Position numbers and translations under genes: made by a program. A stretch of DNA of 63,210 nt, filler included, from Intoshia linei (lineage: Eukaryota; Animalia; Orthonectida), in NCBI GenBank assembly GCA_001642005.1. It is 6 parts of 6 records of this genome, joined end to end, with 100 filler letters (N's around TTAATTAATTAA, not from the genome) between each part and the next. Parts side by side here need not be neighbours in the genome. Positions count along the whole stretch, not along the records: positions 1 to 16,107 come from LWCA01000881.1; positions 16,208 to 37,397 come from LWCA01000658.1; 4 more parts are not named here. One strand, written 5' to 3'. Shown piece by piece: positions 13,804 through 25,508 of the stretch (within the stretch, counting starts at the first letter, position 1; each line of letters opens with the position of its first letter). Below the pieces are notes generated by a model. That model saw nothing but the letters and a program-made list of their open reading frames with translations, was not told the DNA's origin and ran no database searches.

Positions 13804-14457
13804 GTATACATGTTATAATGTATGTCTCAAAAATAATGTCTAAAATACTCTTCTATAACATTATTATACTATAACCGCAGGTTATATAAATTAATAATAT
13901 CCTTATTCTTTCTAATGTTTTACAAAGTTGATCATAGTTTAATGGGAAATTTCGAGTTAAGTAAAACAAAATTTAACATTATTGGTACAAATTTTGTACT
14001 AATCCAAAAATTTTTTAAAGAATGAAAATATTGCGTCATCTACAATCCAACATTATCACTATGTATATATACTACATATCATTATAAATCAACTATTACC
14101 AACTTTTTGATCATATATCCAATTTTCCGCATACACATCCCATATTTCACTTTTCAATGCATTGATATAATTAGTCAATAAATTTGTGCCATACCAAAAA
14201 TATTCAAAATAGTTTGGTTGCAACACGGGATCAATAATTTACAAATTAAATGATTATAATGAACAAAAAAACACCTTAAAAATTAACGCAAATGACTTTA
14301 TTTTGAAATTAGTGTATATATCGGCGATAATAGTTGGTATTATGTTAACATTTTTACACTTAATATACATGTATGTATATTCAAATGTTACTCCCAACAC
14401 AAATAAAGTTTATTTATTTACATAATATAAGTAAATACATTCAAAACACCTGCTTTA

Positions 14458-14667
14458 ATGAGTGACGGGGATTTTAAGCAAAATTTTTCAATATGGAAAA
14501 ATAAAGCTGTTACTGCTGAAGGTTACAAGGAATTAATTTATATTTATTATTAGCTCTACAATGTATATTTGAAAAACTACTAAACAAAGAGGAAATTGAT
14601 CTAATTAATAAACTAGAAAAATCACCAATCTTAATAAAAATTGTCAAAAAAAACAATACAAATTCAG
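14458..14667 (+). CDS. Two candidate 5' coding exons (14458-14521, 14554-14667) of an unassigned gene, possibly the 5' end of the PPP1R3-like gene
   Basis: ATG-initiated MSDGDFKQNFSIWKNKAVTAE|ALQCIFEKLLNKEEIDLINKLEKSPILIKIVKKNNTNS, with a 32-nt GT-AG intron and a phase-1 donor CAG|GTACC. No recognisable domain. Confidence 0.35.
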
Positions 14668-15879
14668 GTACCTTTCACATAAAAAAATTGTTTTAATTAT
14701 TTACGAAAATTACATGTAATATTTTACGCTAATAATAAATAAGGTTATAATGTTTATAATACAAATGTACAATTTGTAGTTTGCTTTCTCTTTTATAGTA
14801 TAATAGAAAAATTTATATATAAATACCCATTATGCAAATACACAGATATGCTGGTTTTGACCGTGAAGATATAGATTTTGAAATGTACTATAATGTTAAT
14901 GATTTTAAAATCTTATCAGATGGTGTATTTTTCATAATTCTAAGACACGTTTGATTTAAAAAAAGGATAATTGAGGTTTGTCCTTGAAGAACACAATTTC
15001 TGAAAATGAAATTGGCGATAAAATCTCACCCTCGAAAAACTATGATAGAATTATAGAATTTTTATAAATAAATACTTTTAATTTATTAAAGTAAATAAAC
15101 TAAGTACATTTTTAACTCAACTACTTTATATAAGTAAGAATTTCATTCAAATGGTTAAATCAATAGCTTATATTTCACAATATTTCGCTAATAAATATGT
15201 AAAATTATAAAAGCTACCACATAACGGTAGAAAATAACCATTATTGTGTTAATATTTTCATAAATTATTTATTAACTTGAGATTTTTTTACTAATATCAA
15301 AAACGAGATATTAATTCTACTAATGTTATTTGATTTTTACATCAAAGCATCATTGAACATTGCAGTATTTTTTATAACTAAGATTCAATTATAATTGACT
15401 GAAGTTTTCGAACATTTCAACAGGATACAATTAAAGACACGCGTTTAATTATTTTACGAAAAATAAAAAATAATAAAACCAACAATTATATATAGATCTC
15501 TATAAATCAGTGGTTCCCCATTCAAACTGTGGACGGACCCCCATTTTCAATATCTAGTTTTTTGCACCCAAAGAAACATTCATGAAAAAATTAAATGTTT
15601 TTTCTGATAAGATTTGTAAAATTGTTTTTCGAAAAAATATTGAAAAAAAGGATATCCCTTAAGGATTGGTAAAATTGAATTTTTTATTTTGGGGTTTGAT
15701 TAAGTGCATTTTTCAAAAAAGTCGATTTTTCCTGCCCAACTTTTCACATAAATACTTGATGAATTCAAAATTAGAAAAAAAATTATCACCAGTTACTGTC
15801 CTACAAAAAGATAAAATAGTTTTAGTTAGAAATGATACAATATATGTATGTAGCAGTTAACTTTTCAGACGCTATCAAT

Positions 15880-16107
15880 GATTTACCTTAATATGGTAAA
15901 CCGTCAAATGTATATTTTGTAGCAGAATCGACAATTAAAAACAATTTCATTCCGTAGCGTGCTGGTTTCATTGGCATATACACACAAAATTTTACACGAC
16001 CTCTAAATGAAATGAGTTGTTCGTCAATTACAACATTTTCACCAGGTATAAAGGATTTTCGACAATTTTCAATAAATAGCTCCCATATATTACGAAACGC
16101 AGCAAAT
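15880..16107 (-). mobile_element. piggyBac transposase fragment (DDE_Tnp_1_7), frameshifted, abutting a gap
   Basis: FAAFRNIWELFIENCRKSFIPGENVVIDEQLISFRGR / FCVYMPMKPARYGMKLFLIVDSATKY matches the piggyBac D-containing IDE...FRGR...KPxxYGxK block. Confidence 0.9.
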
Positions 16108-16207
16108 NNNNNNNNNNNNNNNNNNNNNNNNNNNNNNNNNNNNNNNNNNNNTTAATTAATTAANNNNNNNNNNNNNNNNNNNNNNNNNNNNNNNNNNNNN
16201 NNNNNNN
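16108..16207. other. Scaffold gap with artificial six-frame-stop linker (also 37398-37497, 43718-43817, 58039-58138, 60632-60731)
   Basis: An identical N-run/TTAATTAATTAA/N-run structure of 100 nt occurs at all five sites. Confidence 0.97.
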
Positions 16208-16261
16208 AATTTTGATGATAAAAATGTTAAATGTTAACAGTTTCTATAGAATAATGTTCTA

Positions 16262-16860
16262 CAGTAAATTCTCCAAAGATGAACACCAAAATATTACTTT
16301 TGAACAAAATGTTCAATATAAAAGAGATAAAAAAATTATTTTTAATTTTTATTTATTTTTTAAATACATTGATATATCATATTACGTGTAAATAATCAGT
16401 TATTTTATTTTTTGATTTGTGTTTATATTGAATAATCTTGGACTTAAAATCAAATAAACTTGACAACCCTTAATGGATATTATTCTCGATTAGATAATAT
16501 TCCATATTATTAATATACATTTTTATTTCAGCAAATCCTATTGTCTTTGGATGTGAATTATGAACAACTGCATCAGATTCATCTATAATTGATTCATCTT
16601 CATTTTTATTAGATTGACAAAAAATATTAATGATATCTTTATTGTCTTTTTCTTCTAAAATTTCAAAAAAATTTAGATTTTCACTGTCATCTTCATTAAT
16701 ATTTATTTTAAAGATATTTTCCCAACTGTTGAGAATTGACTCACTTTTTACATTTAACCACGCGAAATGGATCCCACATAAACAAGGATGTATGTTTTGC
16801 TGGTACCCGCATGGGCTTGTTGGTTTTTTTTAACAGCATTAAAAAAATGGTACCAGCCCA
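16262..16860 (-). mobile_element. pogo/Tigger (DDE_1) transposase 3' remnant
   Basis: The minus strand reads ...HFAWLNVKSESILNSWENI (typical DDE_1 C-terminal AWxxV...IxNxW). A Tigger-like terminus TA|CAGTAAATTCTC lies at 16262. Confidence 0.55.
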
Positions 16861-17059
16861 ATTATATATAATAGAAATTTTAGATTAATAATTTGTAGTA
16901 TTATTTCTATTTCCAATAAGATAGAAATAATAAAAGAAGGTTAAGGTTAAATGATTCATACAGTACATATAAATGTATATATTATGGTAGTGTCAATAAA
17001 ATAAAATATTATTTATTATGTGGTAATGTACAATTAATTGATTATTCATAAAATTTTTC

Positions 17060-18480
17060 CCAATTGTATTGAATAAACAATTGATCATTCAATTTTTCTG
17101 TGGATAGATTTGTTCTTAGATAATTATGAAATTGACAATGTTTCGAAAAGGCTCTTTCAACTTAAGCTTCGGTTAATGGCATATTACATAACATTCTGAA
17201 TAAAATGTTATGCACTGGTAATTTTTCAAATGATATTTCCAATCTTAATGCTAATTTTTCTTGTATATTAGATTCTTCTACCTTAAATTCATTGAATTTT
17301 TTATTTATAATGCAGTAGAAACCCAGTTATTGAAAATATTGTCGTCTAAATCGGAATTTTCAGTAAACATATTAATGCTATCATAATTAAAAAAATATCG
17401 AAAATGTCTAATAATTATTCCAATGTTACTAATTTCGAACATAATCCACCTATTTTTCCATATATTTCGCAAATTATTAATAGTTGAAATTGATAATAAA
17501 GATGTTATTTCATCAAACCATTCAATATAAATCTTTCTAAAGGCACAAATGACATCAAGTACATTAATCTCATCCTTTTGAATAATCATAAGTTGGGTTG
17601 ATATTATTTTTAAAATTATCACTGCTTGTTTCAATGTATTTTGGGCAACAACTCTACCAAATTCTTTTTTTATAGATATTACTAATTTTCTTATCTAGAA
17701 TTCCAACGTGTTAAATTATATCGGTCCATTAATTTATCTCCTATAAAAGTATCGACAAGTTTTAATGTCTCTTTAGCCTCAGTAATACATGTAAAAATGT
17801 CACCTATTATCAGATTTAGGATATGAGCAGCACATTTAATATTTATAATATCTATTAACATTCCTTAGACTTTTTTGCATATTTCTAGCATTGTCTGAAA
17901 CGCAGCAAAGAACTTTAGCCCCACAATTCTGTAGTTCCAGTATTATTGTATTCAAATGCTCATACAATTTGTCACCACTCTGTTCTTCCATTTCGACGCT
18001 ACTCCAATAAAATACTTTTTTGTTGATATATAACATGACGCATACATGTCTGACTGAGTTGACTGGATTTTTCCATGAATCAAACATTATGGATATTAGC
18101 TCAGATTTAAAGTATCGTTTCATATTTAATTTTTAAGGATAAAGTTTAAACTCTTTCAGATATTATAAATCTTGATTTGCAATGCACACCATAAGCCCAC
18201 TGAAAAATAGGGTCTTCTACAATGTTGAATGGCAAAACGTGATTGCAACAACTTTGTAATTACTTGTCTGTCTATATAAGGCAAATTTGGAAATTTTTCA
18301 TCTTAATTGCTAAAATACTCGTTATTTTTGGCGTGACAGAAACATTGTCCAAGTTACCATGTATTTTTAAATGGTACCTTAATGACGCCACGTGTGAATG
18401 AGAATTTATGTATTTGATTCTTTTTAAGCATACTAAACATTGCATGTAATTAACTCCGTCTTTTTTAAAGTGTTTTAGTG
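17060..18480 (-). mobile_element. hAT transposase pseudogene (ZBED-like), nearly full length but disrupted
   Basis: Motifs occur in order: SIMFDSW (D1), CVSDNARNM (D2), CAAHILNL (CxxH), TRWNS, LQxD-like IQKD, and the dimerization domain PLTEA*VERAFS...RTNLSTEKLNDQL. Multiple stops and frameshifts. Confidence 0.9.
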
Positions 18481-18998
18481 AATTTATGCTGTTGAACGAT
18501 AATATAAAATGATAATAAGAAATTTTATTCTAAATCAATGCAAATTGTGATTATACATCAAAACTTAATTGTATTTTAAAAATCAATTGATTTTGCTGGT
18601 ATCATCTTTGCACAATGTGCAAAATTTTCTGTGCAAACAATCGAAAATATTGATTTTTTTATATTAATTACTTTTTAAAATATTTAAAAAGTGCCCCAAA
18701 AAGCGAGGGTGCCCTGCTGCCGAGGTTCGCTCCAAACCGGGGTCGGGCTATATAACAGTATTTATATTCTACAACTGAAGACGTTGAGTACTAAGCACCA
18801 TTGTTTCTCAGACTCGTGTGACATCCTACTATACACCGGTATTATCGTGAATATTTCAAAATTTATCTGACAAGTTTACTTTTACAATACATACATTGGG
18901 AATCCCAATCGTGTACCTGAAATAACGAATATTAACTTTAGTGAGCCAAATAAAATATCACTATGGTATGTTTATTTTGAATTTTAAATGAAACGTGA

Positions 18999-19751
18999 AT
19001 GATTATTATAATTGGCGAAAACAAAATTAATGTAAAACAGAGCAATGTTTGCATTTTTCGGAGAATTGTTGCATACGTTTTCGGAGTATTTTTTATATCC
19101 CTCATGGCTGATTACACAAAACCAGATAATATTTTCAGTTTTTCTCAAAAAAACAGCAATGTAAACAGAATAATGATTAAATATTGTGTCTTTTGGACTC
19201 TGTTGCCATTGATAGTATACTCAGTAATATCGAAAAATTTTTATTTGAGCATGCAATGTCTAGGAAGAACATTTTATTACTTGTTTACATGGATTATGGC
19301 TGTCAGTGTTATACAACTTGTAAATTATTTTACAAAACAATGTATTTTGTTTGAAAATAGAGAATGTATCAAATTTTGGTCATTTGATATCGGTGGTCAT
19401 GTAGCAATGTTGTCATTTTTATCTTTGAGTATATCACACGAACTGTACTTTATAAGTGATTCTACAGGATATCATGTAAAAAATAATGTAAGTTGGATGT
19501 CAAAAAGTTTGAAAGAAAAAATGGTGTATACTTTATCTGGTAAGAATCTGATTAAATTACCATATAACGGACTTGTGCAACCAATATTTATTCTAGCGAC
19601 TTTAGTTTATTGGAAGTATTTACAGATTTTATGGGATGTATCAATATGTATCACTTGCATGTATTACCATAACATGCCACAAAATTTTGCAGGGCTAATC
19701 CTTTCGTTTGCATTGTATTATTGTCGATGTGAATTTTTTTCTCAAATATAA
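18999..19751 (+). CDS. FITM2: Fat storage-inducing transmembrane protein (FIT/Scs3 family, acyl-CoA diphosphatase-like), single exon
   Basis: A 250-aa multi-pass hydrophobic protein with FSQKNSNVN (FSxKxNxxN), Cys pair C..C then WSFDIGGH (FDISGH motif), and TCMYYHNMPQNFAG (TxxYFHxxxxKxxG motif). Confidence 0.8.
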   Translation: MIIIIGENKINVKQSNVCIFRRIVAYVFGVFFISLMADYTKPDNIFSFSQKNSNVNRIMIKYCVFWTLLPLIVYSVISKNFYLSMQCLGRTFYYLFTWIMAVSVIQLVNYFTKQCILFENRECIKFWSFDIGGHVAMLSFLSLSISHELYFISDSTGYHVKNNVSWMSKSLKEKMVYTLSGKNLIKLPYNGLVQPIFILATLVYWKYLQILWDVSICITCMYYHNMPQNFAGLILSFALYYCRCEFFSQI

Positions 19752-19786
19752 ATTTAGAAGAACAATTAACTAATTCTACCTCAATC

Positions 19787-20422
19787 ATGCCTTCATGTAT
19801 CATTAGATCAACATCTTTGAAAAGGTACAATTCAAAAAAAAAAGTTAAATTTGCAGATTCTGTGGGTTTACAACTTGAAAAAATTCAATATCTTAATCTA
19901 TCTCTGCAGTCCTATGGATTTCAATCAAATGTAAAACTGAAAGTTTCTCAGATAATTGACAATTCAAAAAGAAAATTAGAATTTATATGTCTATTCTTAC
20001 CCTCCATCAATCATTATAAATTTGTGGATAATGTTCGAAAATTTTACTTAAAACTCAGTTCATGTCTTCCAGATCCGAACAAATTAGTGATAACTTATAT
20101 TGTTGCTGTAAACAATATATCATTTGAAAAAAAGGTTGATTTAATTCTGATTTTATAATTTAAATTTTAGGTATTTGTAAGATATTCCATCTCAAATTGG
20201 AAGACATACACTGACGTATATGGAAAATTTCAACAACACATCAAACGTGATAACATCGATTATTTTGGTATAATCACCTCTATTCCACACATTTATGCTA
20301 CTTGTTCAAATTTTATTGAATTTGTGATAGCTGTAACAATAAACGGGCAGACTTATTGGGACAACAATATGGGATCAAATTACAAAATTATTATCAAATT
20401 AAATAATACATTAGATTTTTGA
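19787..20422 (+). CDS. PPP1R3: Protein phosphatase 1 glycogen-targeting regulatory subunit (PPP1R3-like; RVxF + CBM21); exons 19787-20134, 20171-20422; true start may lie upstream
   Basis: KKKVKFADSVGLQL (RVxF plus ADxxG), VNNISFEKK|VFVRYSISNW, and IEFVI...YWDNNMGSNY (CBM21 WDNNxGxNY). The intron is 36 nt, GT-AG. Confidence 0.9.
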
Positions 20423-20908
20423 ATGAATTATCTTTATCTGTGTCTAATTAAACATGTGCCATCCAGTTTTAACTATGTATTTTAGTTTTTATCAAACGTT
20501 GAGCATAATATAACTCGGCAAGATACATACATGTGATATGTATACATGAAAATATATAATATGGTGGTAATCGATAAAAAATTAAAACTCAATAAACTAA
20601 TTTCATACAACTATCTTAGTATACTGAAAGAGTGTTTAAAAGTCAATCGGAAAAGTATTTAATATAGAATAAGTCGGTACAGAATAGAGACTGAAACCGA
20701 CGAATAACTTAAAATTTTATTAAATTTAAGATTATATTTAATCGTACATCTTGTATTCAATACAATGTATTGTTACGTTAATTACTATGTAATTAACTAA
20801 TTTAATTAAAATAACCCTCTTTGATTATTATATTTTAATTCTAACTTTATCTGTGATAACAATTAGTAAAATTTCAAAAATAGACTTCCAATAACTTAAA
20901 ACGAAGTA

Positions 20909-20977
20909 CAGTATAACCTCCGTTATTCGCGTGATATTAAAAACCTTTATTTTTGGCAAATAACGGAGGTTATAATA
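20909..20977. mobile_element. Tiny Tigger-like MITE
   Basis: TA|CAGTATAACCTCCGTTATT...AATAACGGAGGTTATAATA|TA. Confidence 0.65.
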
Positions 20978-21132
20978 TACACTATATTAGTGGTGTGAAT
21001 TTTAGTAGTTTTTTTGGAAATTTTATGGTGCAGGAACGGATAAAGTCGCGTATGAAAATTTTATGGTTACTTTCAATAATCATATTATGATAATAATAAT
21101 ATATTTTATTAATATCATTATAACTTATGATG

Positions 21133-21322
21133 CTATTTTTTGAGTGGTCATGTTTGGTTATTCATTTTGCATTTTTAAATTCAATTCTATCTCATTTATT
21201 TTTGTTTTTAGTTAAAATTTTTATAAAAATATAAGAATTTCAATAAAATAAAAAGTAAACTAGGTAGAATTGAATTTAAAGATGCAAAGTGAACAACCAA
21301 ATATGACCTCTCAAAACATAGC
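21133..21322. repeat. Fold-back inverted repeat (arms about 70-80 bp)
   Basis: TTTTGAGTGGTCATGTTTGGTTATTCATTTTGCATTTTTAAATTCAATTCTA pairs with TAGAATTGAATTTAAAGATGCAAAGTGAACAACCAAATATGACCTCTCAAAA. Confidence 0.8.
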
Positions 21323-21790
21323 TAACCCAGTCGATGGTAACATTCCATTAAATAAAGTTATATTTTAATTTTTGTATGGTATCGCAAGCGTCTCCGCAAA
21401 TTTTTATCAAATTTAAATAATTTTTTTTGTAGTCACTTTTGATTAATTACTCTAAATTAAATTAATAACATCTTCCGATCCTGCACTTTATTTTTAAAAT
21501 TTTGTCACACCTCTAGTGTATATCTTATTCATTATCTCGATCTCTGAATTTTCAAGGTAAATGAATATTGATTTCGGCATAACAACGTGCCAATCCCAAA
21601 TCACCCTGAAGAGAGGAAGTCAACATTAAAATTCTAATTAGATTTAGATTGATACGCAGTGCACATTTAAAATTTTTATATTGCATTTTTGTATAACATA
21701 CATAAATAAATAACATTAATGATTAAAAGAAATAATGTAGTGGAACAAATTAACAATAATGTAAGTAATGTATTTATTGTTATAAAAAAA

Positions 21791-22588
21791 TTATCCGACC
21801 ATATTAATAACAGTCAAATGTAAAATGACGTGGGCAAACAAGAAATCAGCTATAGCTCTTTGTTCAGATATTCCCTTAAAAATACTTGCATTTTCACTGT
21901 TGAGTTGAATTCGAAGTGAAACTAAATAATGAAATTATAATGTTTATATAATTTGATAATTATTACGTCCAGACTACCTGGACTTTTTTGAAAATTAAAT
22001 TGATTTAATCAAAAATTAAGAAAATGCATTGCCATAATACTATTAATTCTAAGCATAAAATTTGGTAGATATGAAAACGTAGAAAAAATTAGTGACGTCA
22101 CAAAGTATTCTGACGATTGGAAAAAAAGGTTATAAAATTTTTGTTGGCTAATAGATTAGACCAGAGATTGAGAACATAAAAAATCAACAACAATGTTTTT
22201 AATTTAAAATTTTAGACACTAAGAATGTTATAAAAATATTTAAGTTTTATTTTGGGATTTTACCGCTGGAAATATAAATTAGAAGTTAAAATTTTGGGAA
22301 TCACAAATATTAAGGATATAATAGTTTATATCAATTACCTGCCAAAACAAAGGCGGCAACAGAAGAAATAAATCCAGCCAAAAATGAATTATAAGCAATA
22401 GATCCAATAGTAATACAATATAGAAATTGACAAATTCCAGTAAATAGTATACATAACAAATACACGTCAATAATTTTCAATGTACTGCCAGTATTAGCGT
22501 TATAAGAATCACATATTTCATAAAATATACTCTTTGAACTGAATTTTGTGTTTTTAGTGGGAAATTTTGAATTTTTTTTGAATTTCAT
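21791..22588 (-). CDS. DAD1: Oligosaccharyltransferase subunit DAD1/Ost2; exons 22339-22588, 21791-21921
   Basis: [47 protein letters not shown]|[11 protein letters not shown]...[29 protein letters not shown]. Confidence 0.95.
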
Positions 22589-23582
22589 TGGTAGATGAAT
22601 GTATCGAACAATAAATATTAACGTTGTCAATAGAGCATTATTAAAATCTAGATGATGTGTCCTTAAAATGTAAAGTTCAATTTTTTACTTGTTTAAAGTG
22701 TTTTAAAATTAAAAATAACGGTGTATTTGTTAGTTATACGGTAATTTTCAAGAAAAATACTGAATTACATTGTAATGCTAACCATCAAACTGGTTTTATT
22801 TTCAAGTAATGGAACCAGTTTTATTAATAGACTTTTGTGTCTCCGTTTTGAAATACGACATAGATTATTAACTAAATATATCAGAAATCAGACATTAAAA
22901 ATTTTAACATTTTTGAAATGTTAAATTATCATGTTTCAATTAAACTTTAAAAGAAAATTTAAGGTTATAAAAGATACATTAACTTAAAATTGGAATATTA
23001 CATTCGAGGAAGATGACATTTCTTGCGACCTAATGATGGGAAGATTCCTCAATGTTTTTAGAGTGTGCGTCTGTTTCTCGGTATTTGAAATGCATCGAAT
23101 AATTTACCTTTTAATGTTGGAAATCACAACTGTTGAGATAATCTAAGCTTTCCAAAAATCTCAGATTACAGAAAAAATAGAAAAATAGTTGTTCATAGCT
23201 AAAGAGTCACGATCATTCGAAAAATTGAAAAACTGGTTTTCGAATAATTCCGGTTAATCTGAAATATATTTTTTAATCGTAAACTAAAAAATTTCGACTA
23301 TCCTAATAATGTCATTAAAAACACTTCATGTTGATTAAACTTATAAAATATTTTTTAATGGAGATGGTTTACATTCCGTTAGATTAGCTAGGTCAATAGT
23401 ATTTTGAAATCATTCCTGAATTAATATGTCAATTAAGTTTCTACTTTCATAATTGGAAGCGGTTTCAGTTAGATATGATTGAGTTACTAAATTTGATAAA
23501 ATATCTATTCGTAATTTTTTCTCAGTATTTGATTTACTCTCCTAGAATCTAAGACCTAGATAATCAAATTTATGGTATAAGG

Positions 23583-24400
23583 CAGGGGTTCCCAAACTCA
23601 ATTTCGATCTCAACTCTCAATCCCAAAGTCGATATTTAATAATTAAAAAAAATATATTTATTACTGTCACATTATATCAGTGGATCCTCAACTTGTTATA
23701 AAAATATCCCCTTACAACCAAAAAATTCATCAACGCTCCACTCTATCCATCTAAAATCGTTTTTTGGGTATAGTGTTTTTATATATTTTTTGCACTTTAC
23801 AAATTGTTTAAACAAAACTGCATTGTTTATAATTAAATAAAGTACAAAAAAAATATAAAACCACTTGTAAATAGAATATATAATTTATTTTATAATAAAA
23901 TTTTACAATAAAAATACAAAATGTAGTATTATTAATGTGATATGATATGATATTTTTTAAAATAGTTTGCAAAACTTCACCAATGACGGGAAATAGTAAT
24001 GATTCACCAATGTTATGGGGTTTTCCAGATTTAACAATCATGAACGAAATGTTGTAAGATGCGATCAAGCCCTCGTTTTGATTTTTTATAGAGTTATTAA
24101 ACATGTTTTAAATTGGTGGTTGATTATTAAATGTATCTCGTAGAGTTTTAAAATATAACAAGTCACTATTTAGTTTAACAGGATGAATATTTTTTAAATG
24201 ATTTAATAACCTTGAAGGTTTCATGGCTTCGTTGCTATATACTTTTTGACAAACTAAACACATTGGTAGTGATTTGTTTTGAGGTGATGTGATGAAACCA
24301 AATTTTAAATATTCAATACTGTACTGTCTACATTTTTTTGTATGTATTTGTATGTATAAAATATAACAGCGATAATTAAAAGTATAATTGACGTCACAAA
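23583..24400 (-). mobile_element. hAT Buster/Charlie-type (ZBED5/SCAND3-like) internally deleted element, with the transposase N-terminus only
   Basis: KKCRQYSIEYLKFGF...PMCLVCQKVYSNEAMKPSRLLNHLKNIHP (BED finger) and ASYNISFMIVKSGKPHNIGESL. A terminus CAGGGGTTCCCAAAC lies at 23583. Confidence 0.9.
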
Positions 24401-25077
24401 TTGTCACTGTCAACTTGACAGTAATTAACAATAAAGTAAAATAATATAGAAACAATTAAATAAATTTTTAGATTAGTTATCAAGTTTACTAATCATTAGT
24501 CATTTCAATAAAACATGTGTTGTAAATGTATGTAATTAATAATTAAAATGTTATAATAAAACAATGAACATTGACATAGAACTATATTTTAAATTTGGTA
24601 CCGCATCAATTTTACTATACTGAAATATATTAAAAAAAATTTATATTTATGTTTTTATAATCGCCCACTTGTAGTACAAGGCTTGTACCAGTTATGTTTA
24701 ATTCAGTCATGGCAATTTTAATAGATCGTTCAATAATTTTATTTTGAGAGAATTATATCTTGTTATGCGATATAAACAAATAATTATCTCGAGTAGAGTA
24801 GTTTATCTTCATCTACGATGCAATTATAATTACTAACTAAACATTAGCAAGGGTGATCGATTTTCTGGTACCAAAAAATTTTTTGAAAGAAACTGAATAC
24901 AATGACGCCTGTAAATCTCATAAATTGTCAACGTTTATAACCAAGTTCAGGGAAAAAGACCAATTGCTAAAAGCGGATCAATTTTTGAAAAATCTGTCGC
25001 TAATGTACTGTAGTGATATATCACTATCGTACTAATCGAGATTCGAATATAATATACTTTCGATATAACTCACTTGT

Positions 25078-25155
25078 GATGTCTAACTGTCAGAGTGGTT
25101 ATAGCCATATCATTGTATTATGCGTGACTAGAGTTTGAATCCCGCTTTGAACATC
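25078..25155 (+). pseudogene. Degenerate tRNA-like sequence (tRNA pseudogene or SINE head)
   Basis: A-box-like TGTCAGAGTGGTTA, B-box-like GAGTTTGAATCCC, complementary ends GATGT...ACATC and a following T-run. The stems pair poorly and the anticodon cannot be assigned. Confidence 0.35.
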
Positions 25156-25508
25156 TTTTTATTTAAGATGAATTTATTCGAGTTCCTTTCTGCCAATCGT
25201 TACATGTACTATAAAAATGAAATTTTTACAATTTATTTAACAGCTATTATCAGTTTTTACCAATTCTATTAACGTATTTTCTAAATATATGGTCAATATT
25301 AGTTAACAAAAATTTTAAATTAGTATGATGATTAATAGTGGGCTTAGTAAAAATTAATCAGGAGGCTTGACAAATATTAAAAAAAAAATTTCTACTACAA
25401 CTATTGCCTCCTAATAATAAAGTAATTTTTTAATGAAACGCTTGGCACATAATAATTATTTAGAGTACCAGTTTAAGATCTATTATTATGGCATAAACCC
25501 TTTAAAAT

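Noticed and set aside
16108-16207. TTAATTAATTAA repeated five times in the window, embedded in N runs
   Set aside because: It is an identical artificial six-frame stop linker marking scaffold gaps, so it is not biological.
18760-18965. Exon-like segment upstream of FITM with a GTATGT donor
   Set aside because: All three frames contain stops; it is at most a UTR exon and cannot be supported as coding.
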